Shown one piece after another: positions 10,883 through 23,900 of a stretch of 64,000 bases of DNA (position 1 is the first letter of the stretch; the number at the start of each line of letters is the position of its first letter). This DNA is from Nemertoderma westbladi (taxonomy: Eukaryota; Animalia; Xenacoelomorpha). Under the pieces are notes generated by a model. That model saw only the letters and a program-made list of their open reading frames with translations. It was not told the DNA's origin and made no database searches. The stretch covers positions 62,001-126,000 of the forward strand of contig JAUCBJ010006637.1 in the NCBI GenBank assembly GCA_032718475.1. Direction: 5' to 3'. The translations under genes and the position numbers were made by a program.

Positions 10883-13800
10883 ATGGTGAATGTACGTACA
10901 CAGAGCTCTTTAATTCTTGCGATGTTGTTTACTATTATTTGTGTAACAACAGCCCAAAACGGACCAATGGGTGATACTGGGTCTGTCGACAATGAAGACA
11001 TGCCACAAAATTTAGCCATAAAGGTTTGTGTTTTGGAAATAATGGTGTTCAGCCAGAATCTATTAGAGCATTAATTAGGCGACGAGGATTGCGTCTGGTT
11101 TGTCTCGTCCACACGTCATGCAGTCATGTGACAAAATGAGATAAGTCTCTAACTAGAGACGATCTAGTTCTAGTTAGTAAAATTCATACAGGAGTCTATA
11201 TCTACTATACATAAAGACTTACTAAATATAATAGAACACACTTTAGTATTCTACATTCGGTATTCGGTATACTACACGTACTGACTTCCGGAATCGCTAC
11301 TTTGAATTTGGCGCGCCAGTGTATCATTAACATAATTTTACACTTGTTTATACTTTTTCATTATGTCAATGAAGCACTCAAAATAAAAAGTATTAAATAT
11401 GTCAATGACACGTAAATGCGCCATTGATAATAATACTGCACAGTAATTATAATATCGTACTAGACTATATTCTGGTACAATTATACCAATAAATTTCGTG
11501 GAATATAATACTTTAAACAATATACTGTAGGTGTGACAGTGACACAATTGGTTCGGAAATAAAATGTCGCAAACGCGTCAGTGAGCGGGCTAGTAACACA
11601 TTTTATTCCAAAATTGTAACATTACTCAACACCATTAGTATTAACAGCGAGTTGTTATTTAGCACTTTACAACTTTAGAGGACATTACAGTATTGTATTG
11701 GCCTGTTCTCATACTCATATCTTTACGAAATTGCGACAACTATGGAGAATCGGGAAGCCTGGAAGGATCTCATTTCCACTGTCCGAGTTCGCTCGACCTA
11801 GTAGTAGTAGTATTGGCCTGTACAATTATAGTATTGTAGTGTAGTGGGTGTTGTAATGTCCAATGTTTAGGTAGTAACCAATGACGGCGAGCTGTAAAGT
11901 TACGGCGTCATGGTGTAATATCGCTGGAGTACGGTGGCTGAATTGTGCCACTTAATACTTTTTTTTATTTATTTTTTTAAGGGACTTTTTGGTCGACCAA
12001 AAAGTACTTTTTGGTCGACCAAAAAGTCCCTTAAAAAAATAAATAAAAAAAAGTATTAAGTGGCACAATTCAGCCACCGTAGTACCGGTGTACATAAAGC
12101 TTTGTTAAACACATTGATCGCTAGGCCTACCGGTGCCTAGGATATTAATCCTTCATCATGATAGTGTTACGGTTTTAAATAACCACCTAATTCACTTAAT
12201 GTAATTTGATTTTGCCTCGAAAATAGTTGTATGTTTTCTATTGGATAATACTTCCAGACTTTTTGGTCGACCAAAAAGTAGTTTTTGGTCGACCAAAAAG
12301 TCGACTTATTGGTCGACCAAAAAGTACTTTTTGGTCGACCAAAAAGTACTTTTTGGTCGACCAAAAACTACTTTTTGGTCGACCAAAAAGTCGACTTATT
12401 GGTCGACCAAAAAGTACTTTTTGGTCGACCAAAAAGTCGCTTCAAAAAAAATAATAAAAAAAAGTATTAAGTGGCACAATTCAGCCACCGTACCGGTACA
12501 GTAATTTGATTTTACCTCCAAAATAGTTATATATATGTTTTCTATTGGATAATACTTCCAGACTTTTTGGTCGACCAAAAAGTAGTTTTTGGTCGACCAA
12601 AAAGTACTTTTTGGTCGACCAAAAAGTCGACTTATTGGTCGACCAAAAAGTCGACTTTTTGGTCGACCAAAAAGTAGTTTTTGGTTAAACGCATGTAGCT
12701 AAAGATTGAAAGCAAAAATAAAAATTCTGGCTCACCCAGTCAGTGGACGGGAAGTGAAACTATCTCTGTTTCAAATTTCATGCAATCTCATTAAGATTTG
12801 TAGAAAAATTAGGGGGGGGGGGGGGGGGGGCGTGTCACTGAATTACGACACTATATTCTGGGACATGGTGTAATTTGTGCAGTTTCTATCACTTATAATA
12901 ATATATATACAATCATTTCGTAATGTTAAAATTTTGGAATAAAACTACATACATACTTGTTGCAAAGTACTTTACAGTGTTCTGGTCCTCGTTGCTTTAT
13001 TTTCACTCACTCACTAACGTTCGTTCGTGTAACAAAGCCACTCGGATCATCACACTGCTACACTGTAAAGTGCTACTTTACACACAAGTATATAAATAGT
13101 TGATACAATTATTTACATTTGTAACAGATGGATTAAACGATTAGTATTAACTTTATATTCATATTTAACTTCCGATGTATTAAAAGGGTTTCGAGTTGTT
13201 CAAATAATCTTTATAGTTTACTTTCACGTTTAAGGGCGAGAAAGGCGACAAAGGGGACCGTGGGAGCAGGGGGAAGAAGGGTCGATCTGGGATCGAAATA
13301 CCCCAGCTGACCCAGTGTTTGTGGAGCGCCTTGGAAACCAATCGCGACGAGGGTCTAATACAGGTAACTATGCAATGTAGATCGTAATAACTATTATACT
13401 CCCTATATGGTGGCGTTGCGTTATGTCCCCCCCCCCCCCCCCCCAGACATATACTTGACAAAAATCACATCTCAGCGAATTAATGTCTCGGCTCAATATT
13501 AAATTATTAATTAAGCGAACGGCGTATGTTGCAGTGGCACGTTATTCTAACGAAAAAAGTCAATTAAACAGTTTATTTTTGTGAGTAATCAATCAGTTGA
13601 TATTTGTGTCGATTTTCCTATCGAGAGAGATTGATTTTACGACACTATGCGGTAGCAGAAATATATTTTGTTGGAATTAATAAAATTTGTCGAAAATATA
13701 AATTTTTCTATACTTATAGCAATGTGCATTCAGTAAACGCTACGTGAACACAGCAGTAAAGGTTACCTGGAACGGTTCTATAAGACTCACTTGTTCCTAC

Positions 13801-15077
13801 GAATGTTGTCAACGGTGGTACTTTACTTTCAACGGAAACGAATGCGCATCGCCTGGCGGCGTCGAGGGATACATCGTTAAGAGCCTCAACATGACATTGA
13901 ATGTTCACAGAGTCGCCGCTAGTAGGTCTAGGCAGTAGTAGGTATTTTCCTAACTACTGTATATAGAGGCCTATATAAATATATAATAGGAATGACAAAC
14001 GCATGGAATTTGTGTATTTTTATTCTCAATTTATTTTTTACCAATAAAGCTAATTTTCGTTTATTTGGTAAAACCATAAAACCATAACAAAACCATAACA
14101 TTTTGTTTGCTTAGTTATTTTTTTTCAAAATTCGTCTCTAGGACCGCACAGTTTCATGCAATGTAACTAAACTTTCTGCTCAGAAAATAAATAGGTATTA
14201 TTTACCGCTCGTCGCGAGATCTCTTTAATACGGAGAGAACACACCGAGCGAGGTCAATAAGCTAAATCCAGGTACGCGGAGGTAGATATTATATAAATAT
14301 ATCTGTGGGTCTTCCTAAGGTAGCGATGGACTGCATGATGAGCAGCAACATGCGTTACACAATGCGGTGGGAGAGGTTGGTGTGTAGTGGTGCTGAGACA
14401 GAGCCTGCATACCTAGGTCTACTCATCTGTTGGTCACCAGTATTTAGGAGAAAGGCGCAGTTTGTGGAGAAAACCGGTTGAGAAAAGTTGCGAAACAACA
14501 ACTAAACCGGTTAATTATCCATTGTTTGGGCAATCTGTCGCCGCCAGTGTGAAGATCATGAATATGATGATGAATCTTGCCGAGTCCACAGCAGAGCTTC
14601 CTGTAAAGTGATGTGGTGAGGGAAACATTGTAGGTGTGTGCTGAATCTGCCGAGACATATATGCTTTTTGAGCTACTGTATATAGAGCTCCGATGTACTG
14701 TGTGAAAAAAGGAGGTCTACATAAATATACAAGGTTTATACAACAATAATTATTCGCGAATGTAAAATGATTCGTTTAAATTTTTAATTTATTGTTCCAT
14801 TGTGTTTTTCTCTGTGTTCAATCTCAAGCACTTGATTAAGGTAATTTTACTAAGGTAAATTAAGGTAATAGGGTTTAAAATATTCTTATTCCTAAAAATT
14901 ACTATTATAATTGCAATTATTTTAGTTATTGGTGTATGCGATGAACTACCTCGTGGAACTACTAATGTTGGATTTTGGGTTGGTTCCTGTACGGACAACA
15001 GACCATATCCGGTGGGAGACGCGAAGACAGGATGGGGTGCCAGCAGGATAATCATTGAAGAAGTCCTACTCACCTGA
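10883..15077 (+). CDS. CTHRC1: CTHRC1-like secreted short-collagen protein, 207 aa; exons 10883-11023, 13235-13363, 13720-13921, 14926-15077
   Basis: Signal peptide (MVNVRTQSSLILAMLFTIICVTTA); six Gly-X-Y triplets GEKGDKGDRGSRGKKGRS; QCLWS; CCQRWYFTFNGNEC; VGFWVGSC..GDAKTGWGASRIIIEEV. All introns GT-AG, phases 0/0/1 give a continuous 624-nt CDS. Confidence 0.92.
11932..12079. mobile_element. Near-perfect 148-bp palindromic MITE with TA TSD (Tc1/mariner type)
   Basis: TA|CGGTGGCTGAATTGTGCCACTTAATAC...GTATTAAGTGGCACAATTCAGCCACCG|TA; centre TTGGTCGACCAAAAAGTACTTTTTGGTCGACCAA. Confidence 0.85.
12200..12686. repeat. Two ~300-bp tandem blocks of palindromic TTTTTGGTCGACCAAAAAG units; one carries the MITE right arm
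   Basis: Leader GTAATTTGATTTT..CTC.AAAATAGTT...GGATAATACTTCCAGAC at 12201 and 12501; MITE end ...CAGCCACCGTA at ~12492. Confidence 0.85.
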
Positions 15078-17374
15078 ATATCGAATAAACAAAATACATA
15101 TGTAATATAATATACAATGAATAATTATAACCCTTACCATAATTGTATGCATGCATATGTTAATTTAGTTTAGTTTATTAGCCTTTACTTTGTCACTATA
15201 ATATATATAATATCTTAATTTTAAACACAAACTTTTATATTGTAGCTGCAGACTTTATATTATAAACTTAGGATAACAGCTAAATATGGGAATTCAACAT
15301 AATCATTTTGAATACAGTTGGTGTTCTAGAAAATAAGTACAAGAACAGAAAGGGCGGAAAACTAGGGAACGCGTTGATGCGATGTGGGAAGATGCGTTGA
15401 GATATGAAGACCAGAATGGCGGGTTATGGCTATGTATTATGGTAGATGATTATCGCAATGCTGAGCTGATCCGCCCCCAGCTATTAGATTAGTTCTAACT
15501 ATATATATGTGACCTTGGTTTCAGGGTGGGTAATCAATTCAGAGAAACCGAAACCGAGACACAATCTCCATCGTTGTGGGACTGAAATATATTTAAAATA
15601 AAAAAATATGGCTTTGAAACCTTCCCAACTGGTTGAAAATTCAAGGCCTTGAAATTGTTGGGTCCAGATTAATTTCCATAACTACAGGGCCCTTTACTCT
15701 GCCTTTTTTCCTCTATTATTGCTAACATATCGCTCAATAGATTCGATGTAATCATACAGTAGAATTTAACATGACTTTAACTCCTCTTTATCATATTAAA
15801 CAGAACCCACCTGTGTAACCCCTTGGTATAAGTGTTTATTTCATCACACACACGTAACGCACACTAATTAGTTCACCCAATTCACGAATCTAAATTCCAG
15901 AATATCCTTTTAGGCACCCACACCACCACCCCACCTAGAAAGGTACCTCACATCAAAAAACATATGAAATGAGCCGAACTGGTTTAAAAAATGTGAGAAA
16001 ATTATTCATGACTTCAACTTCAATAATAATGAGCATTGTTTTGGAACATATTTTTCTTTTTAATTATGACATCATCTATATAGAATGTGTTATTCGTTCT
16101 TACGTCATATTCCGTATCGATTTAACTTTCGGACAGGTTTTATTACGAACAGCCAACTCTTCTCTACAACAATAGTCAACGTTTATACCAGCAGGTTTGC
16201 CGCTCCAACTAATATAACAAGTTACTGTACACGCGCCGGCATTGAGTGATATGGGATTAATTCGGGTATGCGTGAATACGGCACCCCCAATGCTAGACGA
16301 TCAATAGCACTGCAGTTACTGGGGGGAGTTATTTTACATATATACGGTAACATATATCGACGTAACTTTCAAGAACATATGTTAGCTAATGTGTGGGTGG
16401 ATGAATACAAGGTTGGTACTGTAGCTGGTAGGTTGACAATATACTGGTGTTTCACCAAGTTTATAGCAATTTACAGCAATGTAATACTGTACTGTAACTT
16501 CATGTACTAAACAACTATAGTATCGTATCTTAGCACTTTAGATGGAAAATCTCAATCAAAAGGTGTCGTTTGTAGGCCCTATCATATTCAGTATGATACG
16601 CATATTTACTAAACATAACACCAACACCTCTCACAAACTAATATTCTCATTCGAATCACAACACAATCATTGACACCTTTTAAAGAAGACAATGCAATCA
16701 GTGGGCCGTGTAATACCGAAGTACCGGTAATATATATGCTGTACATATATATGAAGCACATATACTACGTACTGACATGAGCTAGAATCCAAGCTAGTAG
16801 GCCTATATATCTACAGTATAAAAGCCATGTCCTAGGCCATGGTCTCCTAAACCTACTTAATGAGATTGCATGAAATTTGAAACAGAGATAGTTTCACCTT
16901 TCTCCTTCATGTTGGGTGCGATTTTTACATTTCATTTTCACGATTGGATATTTTCGCTTCATTCTTTAGCTACAGCGTTTGATAAAGGGTGTCTCCGACG
17001 GTATTGCAACAGTTACAGTGATTTGTTGGTTGATAGAAAGGCGTTGCAAGGATTCCAAATATGTAACACAATCTGAATTTCATTGTAAATTAGCTTAGAT
17101 ATGAGCGTTTGAGGGTGCATAGTTTTTATAACCACAAATTCATTAAAAAATATCTATAAAATTAAATTAAAGTGTTTACGAGCATTAATTCGAAATTATT
17201 TCAGCTAACGAGGTAGGGAAGGTTTTCACTTTTAGACATTTCGCCCTCTAGCGGTAGACTGGAGAACTGCATTCGGACTAACTAACATACAAAGATACAG
17301 ATAATGGTGTCGGAGATATCTGCCAAAGAAATGCGAGGACTCCAGCCGCGGGTGTCTGTTAAATCACCTAGAAT

Positions 17375-17537
17375 TCACCACGTTGTGAGTATCTATGTCT
17401 GTGTAGCACAGGAATACAGGACATTCACCATGTGGCATTGAACTGCCCATTACTTCTCGATATCAAATCGGATAGTGATGATCTGCCGGACTTCTTTAAG
17501 AATCCTTGCGCTGCGGTTAAGTACACGTTCGAGGGAC
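17375..17537 (+). mobile_element. Probable 3' fragment of a second non-LTR retrotransposon family (C-terminal Cys/His knuckle)
   Basis: Translates SPRCEYLCLCSTGIQDIHHVALNCPLL, the C-x-C..Q..H...CP pattern seen at LINE ORF2 C-termini. Confidence 0.5.
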
Positions 17538-17931
17538 CTTCGCGCAGCACGAGGCTCAGCTAACCCGAAACATGTTAGCCCGAGAAAGCTGTAATCGGAG
17601 TACTCGAAATTTGGTCTACTACTTCGTTAGCTTGTCTCTACCAGTTCTATTTAAGCAATGATCGTAGGTCACTACTCCAACTTTCAGATGAATCTGATTG
17701 GTTCTATTACAGCTGCTGTTATGTTTCTGTTAATTCGCCCCCTAGCGGCCGACAGTGGAAGTGATCCATATTATAAACTACGATGTACTACATCACATGC
17801 TACGTAATAATACACCATAGAATACAGTATCAGGTCAGGGTCGCGAGATCCTGCTACCATTATGGCTGTAATGTGAGTACCACCTGTAGCTGTCAACCCA
17901 GTAGGGCAACCCGACCAGTATCAGTCAGTAC

Positions 17932-20900
17932 CTTATTCATCAAATAGTTGATCAGACGCAGATCATATAGACCCAACTTGAAAGGGACACTGGACGTGAA
18001 GAAATGAAATTGGAGAAACGAAATGCGACAACTACTGTATGGATGGGTAATCGGGAATCGGGAAGCCTCGAAGGATCTCATTTCTACTGTCCGAGCTCGC
18101 TCGATCTAGTAGTAGTTGGAGAATCGGGAAGCCTCGAAGGATCTCATTTCTACTGTCCGAGCTCGCTCGATCTAGTAGTAGTTGGAGAATCGAGAAGCCT
18201 CGAAGGATCTCATTTCTACTGTCCGAGCTCGCTCGATCTAGTAGTAGTTGGAGAATCGGGAAGCCTCGAAGGATCTCATTTCTACTGTCCGAACTCGCTC
18301 GATCTAGTAGTAGTTGGAGAATCGGGAAGCCTCGAAGGATCTCAATTCTACTGTCCGAACTCGCTCGATCTAGTAGTAGTTGGAGAATCGGGAAGCCTCG
18401 AAGGATCTCATTTCTACTATCTAGTAGTACTGTAGTAGTAATAAATAATAAACTGCTGTAAAAGATTGGCATTTCCGTATAATTTATATTTAAAAAATAA
18501 ATAAGTAAATTGTGTATTAAATGATAGAGTTGTAATTGTTGGCCTGCTGTAGGAGAAGGTTGCTACTTTGGCAGCTTTGTCAAGTGCTTGAGTGGCATTT
18601 GAATTAGACGATGAATGACCTCGCCCGAACTAAATTACATAGTAGTGGGGCCGTTTTGGGGGCCATAAAGACGTGATTGGCATGTGTTGGGGGGAAACCC
18701 AAATTTCATAGACAATTCTTGCGAGGGGTAGATAACTAACTAACTACCTTCAGTTGGCATCAGAAAGGGTCCTTTGTGGCTCAATTAGTTACTGGGGCAG
18801 TGGATAACCATGTGGGTGGCGTTATGGCAGGAAGATGTCGTGGTTGCTAATAATGTGAGTCAGCAATTATAAATAAATGCCTGTCTGACGATAAATTCTA
18901 CCAAGTTATTATTTGAATTTCAATTATTCAAAAATGTCATAGCATAGCTAATCAAAGCAAACAGTCGGCCGAAGCCGGAGGAGACCCGAAGGCTCCTCTT
19001 TCGATAGCTGCTACCCGAGGGTAGGGGTTGGCGCTGCTCCTATCCCATGTTTTGCTCCTAATTCAACTGGTCCTCATTTTATCGACACCAGTGAATGAAA
19101 ATCTGAATGGATTCTAGGGCTGAGGTGGGACTGAGCTGGGGCTGAGCTGGGTCTGAGCTGGGGCTGAGCTGGGGCTGAGGTGGGACTGAGCTGGGGCTGA
19201 GCTGGGGCTGAGGTGGGACTGGGGCTGAGCTGGGGCTGAGGTGGGACTGGGGCTGAGCTGGGACTGAGGTGGGACTGGGGCTGAGCTGGGGCTGAGCTGG
19301 GGCTGAGGTGGGACTGGGGCTGAGCTGGGGCTGAGGTGGGACTGGGGCTGAGCTGGGACTGAGGTGGGACTGGGGCTGAGCTGGGACTGAGGTGGGACTG
19401 GGGCTGAGCTGGGACTGAGGTGGGACTGGGGCTGAGCTGGGACTGAGGTGGGACTGGGGCTGAGCTGGGGCTGAGCTGGGGCTGAGGTGGGACTGGGGCT
19501 GAGCTGGGGCTGAGGTGGGACTGGGGCTGAGCTGGGACTGAGGTGGGACTGGGGCTGAGCTGGGACTGAGGTGGGACTGGGGCTGAGGTGGGACTGGGGC
19601 TGAGCTGGGGCTGAGGTGGGACTGGGGCTGAGCTGGGGCTGAGCTGGGGCTAAGGTGGGACTGGGGCTGAGCTGGGGCTGAGTTGGGACTGAGGTGGGAC
19701 TAGGGCTGAGCTGGGGCTGAGCTGGGGCTGAGCTGGGGCTGAGCTAGGGCTGAGCTGGGGCTGAGCTGGGACTGAGGTGGGACTGGGGCTGAGCTGGGGC
19801 TGAGCTGGGACTGGGCTGGTTCTGAGGTGGGACTGGGGCTGAGCTGGGGCTGAGCTGGGTCTGAGGTGGGACTGGGGCTGAGCTGTGGCTGAGCTGGGTC
19901 TGAGGTGGGACTGGGGCTGAGCTGGGGCTGAGCTGGGTCTGAGGTGGGACTGGGGCTGAGCTGGGGCTGAGCTGGGGCTAAGCTGGGACTGAGGTGGGAC
20001 TGAGGTGGGTCTGGTGCTGAGCTGGGGCTGAGCTGGGTCTGAGGTGGGGCTCAGCTAAGCTAAGGTTGAGCTGGGGCTGGGGCTGAGCTGGGACTGGGGT
20101 GGGACTGGTGCTGAGCTGGGGCTGACCTGGGTCTGAGGTGGGGCTCAGCTAAGGTTGAGCTGGGGCTGGGGCTGAGCTGGGGCTGAGCTGGGGCTGAGCT
20201 AGGGCTGAGCTGGGGCTGAGCTGGGGCTGAGCTAGGGCTGAGCTGGGGTTGAGCTGGGGCTGGCTCAGTTGGTTGATCGCCGGGTTTACAATCTAATCGT
20301 TGTACGTTCGAGCCCCGCCAGAATCCTGCATTATTATAATTATCTGTTATTATTAGCATAACTAGTTATAACATACTGAATATACCTACTATAATAACCT
20401 ATAAAATCTGCAACGATAAAAAATGTTATTTGAATATGGAAATATTATGTAACTCTGTGGTAGGATATATAAAAATTAGAACCTTTTAAAGGAAGATGGG
20501 AATTCAGTTAGAGTCTATATGGCACATCATAAAATTTTGGCATGTTACCGGTAGGGTACATGTAAGCAAATATATCAGCTAGACTGGTACCCGCACTTCA
20601 GAATGGTACAGTGTAGGCCTACAGCCTACTATCTAAACATAATCGATCGGCCTTACTTATTACAGACGATCGTTCGTAATCCTCACAACAGTAAAATAGA
20701 ATAAGGTTCTCGGGAGACCACTAATTCCGCTACAGCAATAGGTTAATAAGTGACTATTTCGGGATACCTAACCACCTCCATTGGTTTTATGTGTATTCTT
20801 TGGAAAAATACATACAATTCTATATCACCTTCATCTGCAGATTCCGAATATGAAATTGGATTTTAATTTCACCGCAAATTGTCGGAGATTTGATCGAAAT

Positions 20901-23900
20901 TCAATCGCCTAATTATTACGATGTAAATGTAAAGAATAAATATAAATAAGTCACGGAAGAAGTAATGTTTCTCGATTCGAATTCGAATATAATATATCAT
21001 TTGCGCTTTTTTGATACAAGAGCAGTGTAATGAGAACAAGAGCAGTGTAATGAGAATGAGATACAAGAGCAGTGTAATGAGATACAAGAGCAGTGTAATG
21101 AGATACAAGAGCAGTGTAATGAGATACAAGAGCAGTGTAATGAGATACAAGAGCAGTAATGAGATACAAGAGCAGTGTAATGAGATACAAGAGCAGTGTA
21201 ATGAGATACAAGAGCAGTGTAATGAGATACAAGAGCAGTATAATGAGATACAAGAGCAGTGTAATGAGATACAAGAGCAGTGTAATGAGATACAAGAGCA
21301 GTGTAATGAGATACAAGAGCAGTAATGAGATACAAGAGCAGTGTAATGAGATACAAGAGCAGTGCAATGAGATACAAGAGCAGTGTAATGAGATACAAGA
21401 GCAGTAATGAGATACAAGAGCAGTGTAATGAGATACAAGAGCAGTGTAATGAGATACAAGAGCAGTAATGAGATACAAGAGCAGTGTAATGAGATACAAG
21501 AGCAGTAATGAGATACAAGAGCAGTGTAATGAGATACAAGAGCAGTGTAATGAGATACAAGAGCAGTAATGAGATACAAGACCAGTGTAATGAGATACAA
21601 GAGCAGTGTAATGAGATACAAGAGCAGTGTAATGAAATACAAGAGCAGTAATGAGATACAAGAGCAGTGTAATGAGATACAAGAGCAGTAATGAGATACA
21701 AGAGCAGTGTAATGAGATACAAGAGCAGTGTAATGAGATACAAGAGCAGTGTAATGAAATACAAGAGCAGTAATGAGATACAAGAGCAATGAAATTAGAT
21801 ACAAGAGCAGTGTAATGAGATACAAGAGCAGTGTAATGAAATACAAGAGCAGTAATGAGATACAAGAGCAGTGTAATGAGATACAAGAGCAGTAATGAGA
21901 TACAAGAGCAGTGTAATGAGATACAAGAGCAGTGTAATGAGATACAAGAGCAGTGTAATGAGATACAAGAGCAGTGTAATGAAATACAAGAGCAGTAATG
22001 AGATACAAGAGCAGTGTAATGAGATACAAGAGCAGTAATGAGATACAAGAGCAGTGTAATGAGATACAAGAGCAGTGCAATGAGATACAAGAGCAGTGTA
22101 ATGAGATACAAGAGCAGTAATGAGATACAAGAGCAGTGTAATGAGATACAAGAGCAGTAATGAGATACAAGAGCAGTGCAATGAAATACAAGAGCAGTAA
22201 TGAGATACAAGAGCAGTGTAATGAGATACAAGAGCAGTAATGAGATACAAGAGCAGTGTAATGAGATACAAGAGCAGTGTAATGAGATACAAGAGCAGTA
22301 ATGAGATGCAAGACCAGTGTAATGAGATACAAGAGCAGTGTAATGAGATACAAGAGCAGTGTAATGAAATACAAGAGCAGTAATGAGATACAAGAGCAGT
22401 GTAATGAGATACAAGAGCAGTAATGAGATACAAGAGCAGTGTAATGAGATACAAGAGCAGTGTAATGAGATACAAGAGCAGTGTAATGAAATACAAGAGC
22501 AGTAATGAGATACAAGAGCAATGAAATGAGATACAAGAGCAGTGTAATGAGATACAAGAGCAGTGTAATGAAATACAAGAGCAGTAATGAGATACAAGAG
22601 CAGTGTAATGAGATACAAGAGCAGTAATGAGATACAAGAGCAGTGTAATGAGATACAAGAGCAGTAATGAGATACAAGAGCAGTGTAATGAGATACAAGA
22701 GCAGTGTAATGAGATACAAGAGCAGTGTAATGAAATACAAGAGCAGTAATGAGATACAAGAGCAGTGTAATGAGATACAAGAGCAGTGCAATGAGATACA
22801 AGAGCAGTGTAATGAGATACAAGAGCAGTGCAATGAGATACAAGAGCAGTGTAATGAGATACAAGAGCAGTAATGAGATACAAGAGCAGTGTAATGAGAT
22901 ACAAGAGCAGTGTAATGAGATACAAGAGCAGTGTAATGAAATACAAGAGCAGTAATGAGATACAAGAGCAGTGTAATGAGATACCCGAGCAGTGTAATGA
23001 GATACAAGAGCAGTGTAATGAAATACAAGAGCAGTAATGAGATACAAGAGCAGTGTAATGAGATACAAGAGCAGTAATGAGATACAAGAGCAGTGTAATG
23101 AGATACAAGAGCAGTAATGAGATACAAGAGCAGTGTAATGAGATACAAGAGCAGTGTAATGAGATACAAGAGCAGTGTAATGAAATACAAGAGCAGTAAT
23201 GAGATACAAGAGCAGTGTAATGAGATACAAGAGCAGTAATGAGATACAAGAGCAGTGTAATGAGATACAAGAGCAGTGTAATGAGATACAAGAGCAGTGT
23301 AATGAAATACAAGAGCAGTAATGAGATACAAGACCAGTGTAATGAGATACAAGAGCAGTGTAATGAGATACAAGAGCAGTGTAATGAAATACAAGAGCAG
23401 TAATGAGATACAAGAGCAGTGTAATGAGATACAAGAGCAGCGTAATGAGATACAAGAGCAATGTAATGAGATACAAGAGCAGTAATGAGATACAAGAGCA
23501 GTGTAATGAGATACAAGAGCAGTAATGAGATACAAGAGCAGTGTAATGAGATACAAGAGGAAGAGGTACGATTGAAATACGAGAGATGTAATGGGGATAT
23601 AAGAGTTGCAATTGGGATACAAGATCCGCAGTATCTTGCTACACGTATATGTAATTAGCACCTTTTTACTTACAGAACATATGAACTGCATACCGCTTTA
23701 TTTAGAATGTCTAATTAATTGTAATGTTTAATTATAGATTTCATCAAGGTTTAATTGATTTGTATTGCTTTCATCAACTTTTATTTCCATTTTGTGAGAA
23801 TGTTTGTTTTTAATTAAATTATTTTTATTATATTTTACTAAATTATTTTATGAACCAAAGATTTATGAACCATACAAGAGAATCAACCTACAATTAATTA

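Noticed and set aside
14280-14700. GC-richer intronic stretch, possibly decayed retroelement (also 15320-15480)
   Set aside because: No diagnostic motif recoverable by eye.
20869-23691. 940-, 886- and 573-aa minus-strand ORFs
   Set aside because: Translations of the 21/19-bp satellite; several frames open at once, no unique coding flank.
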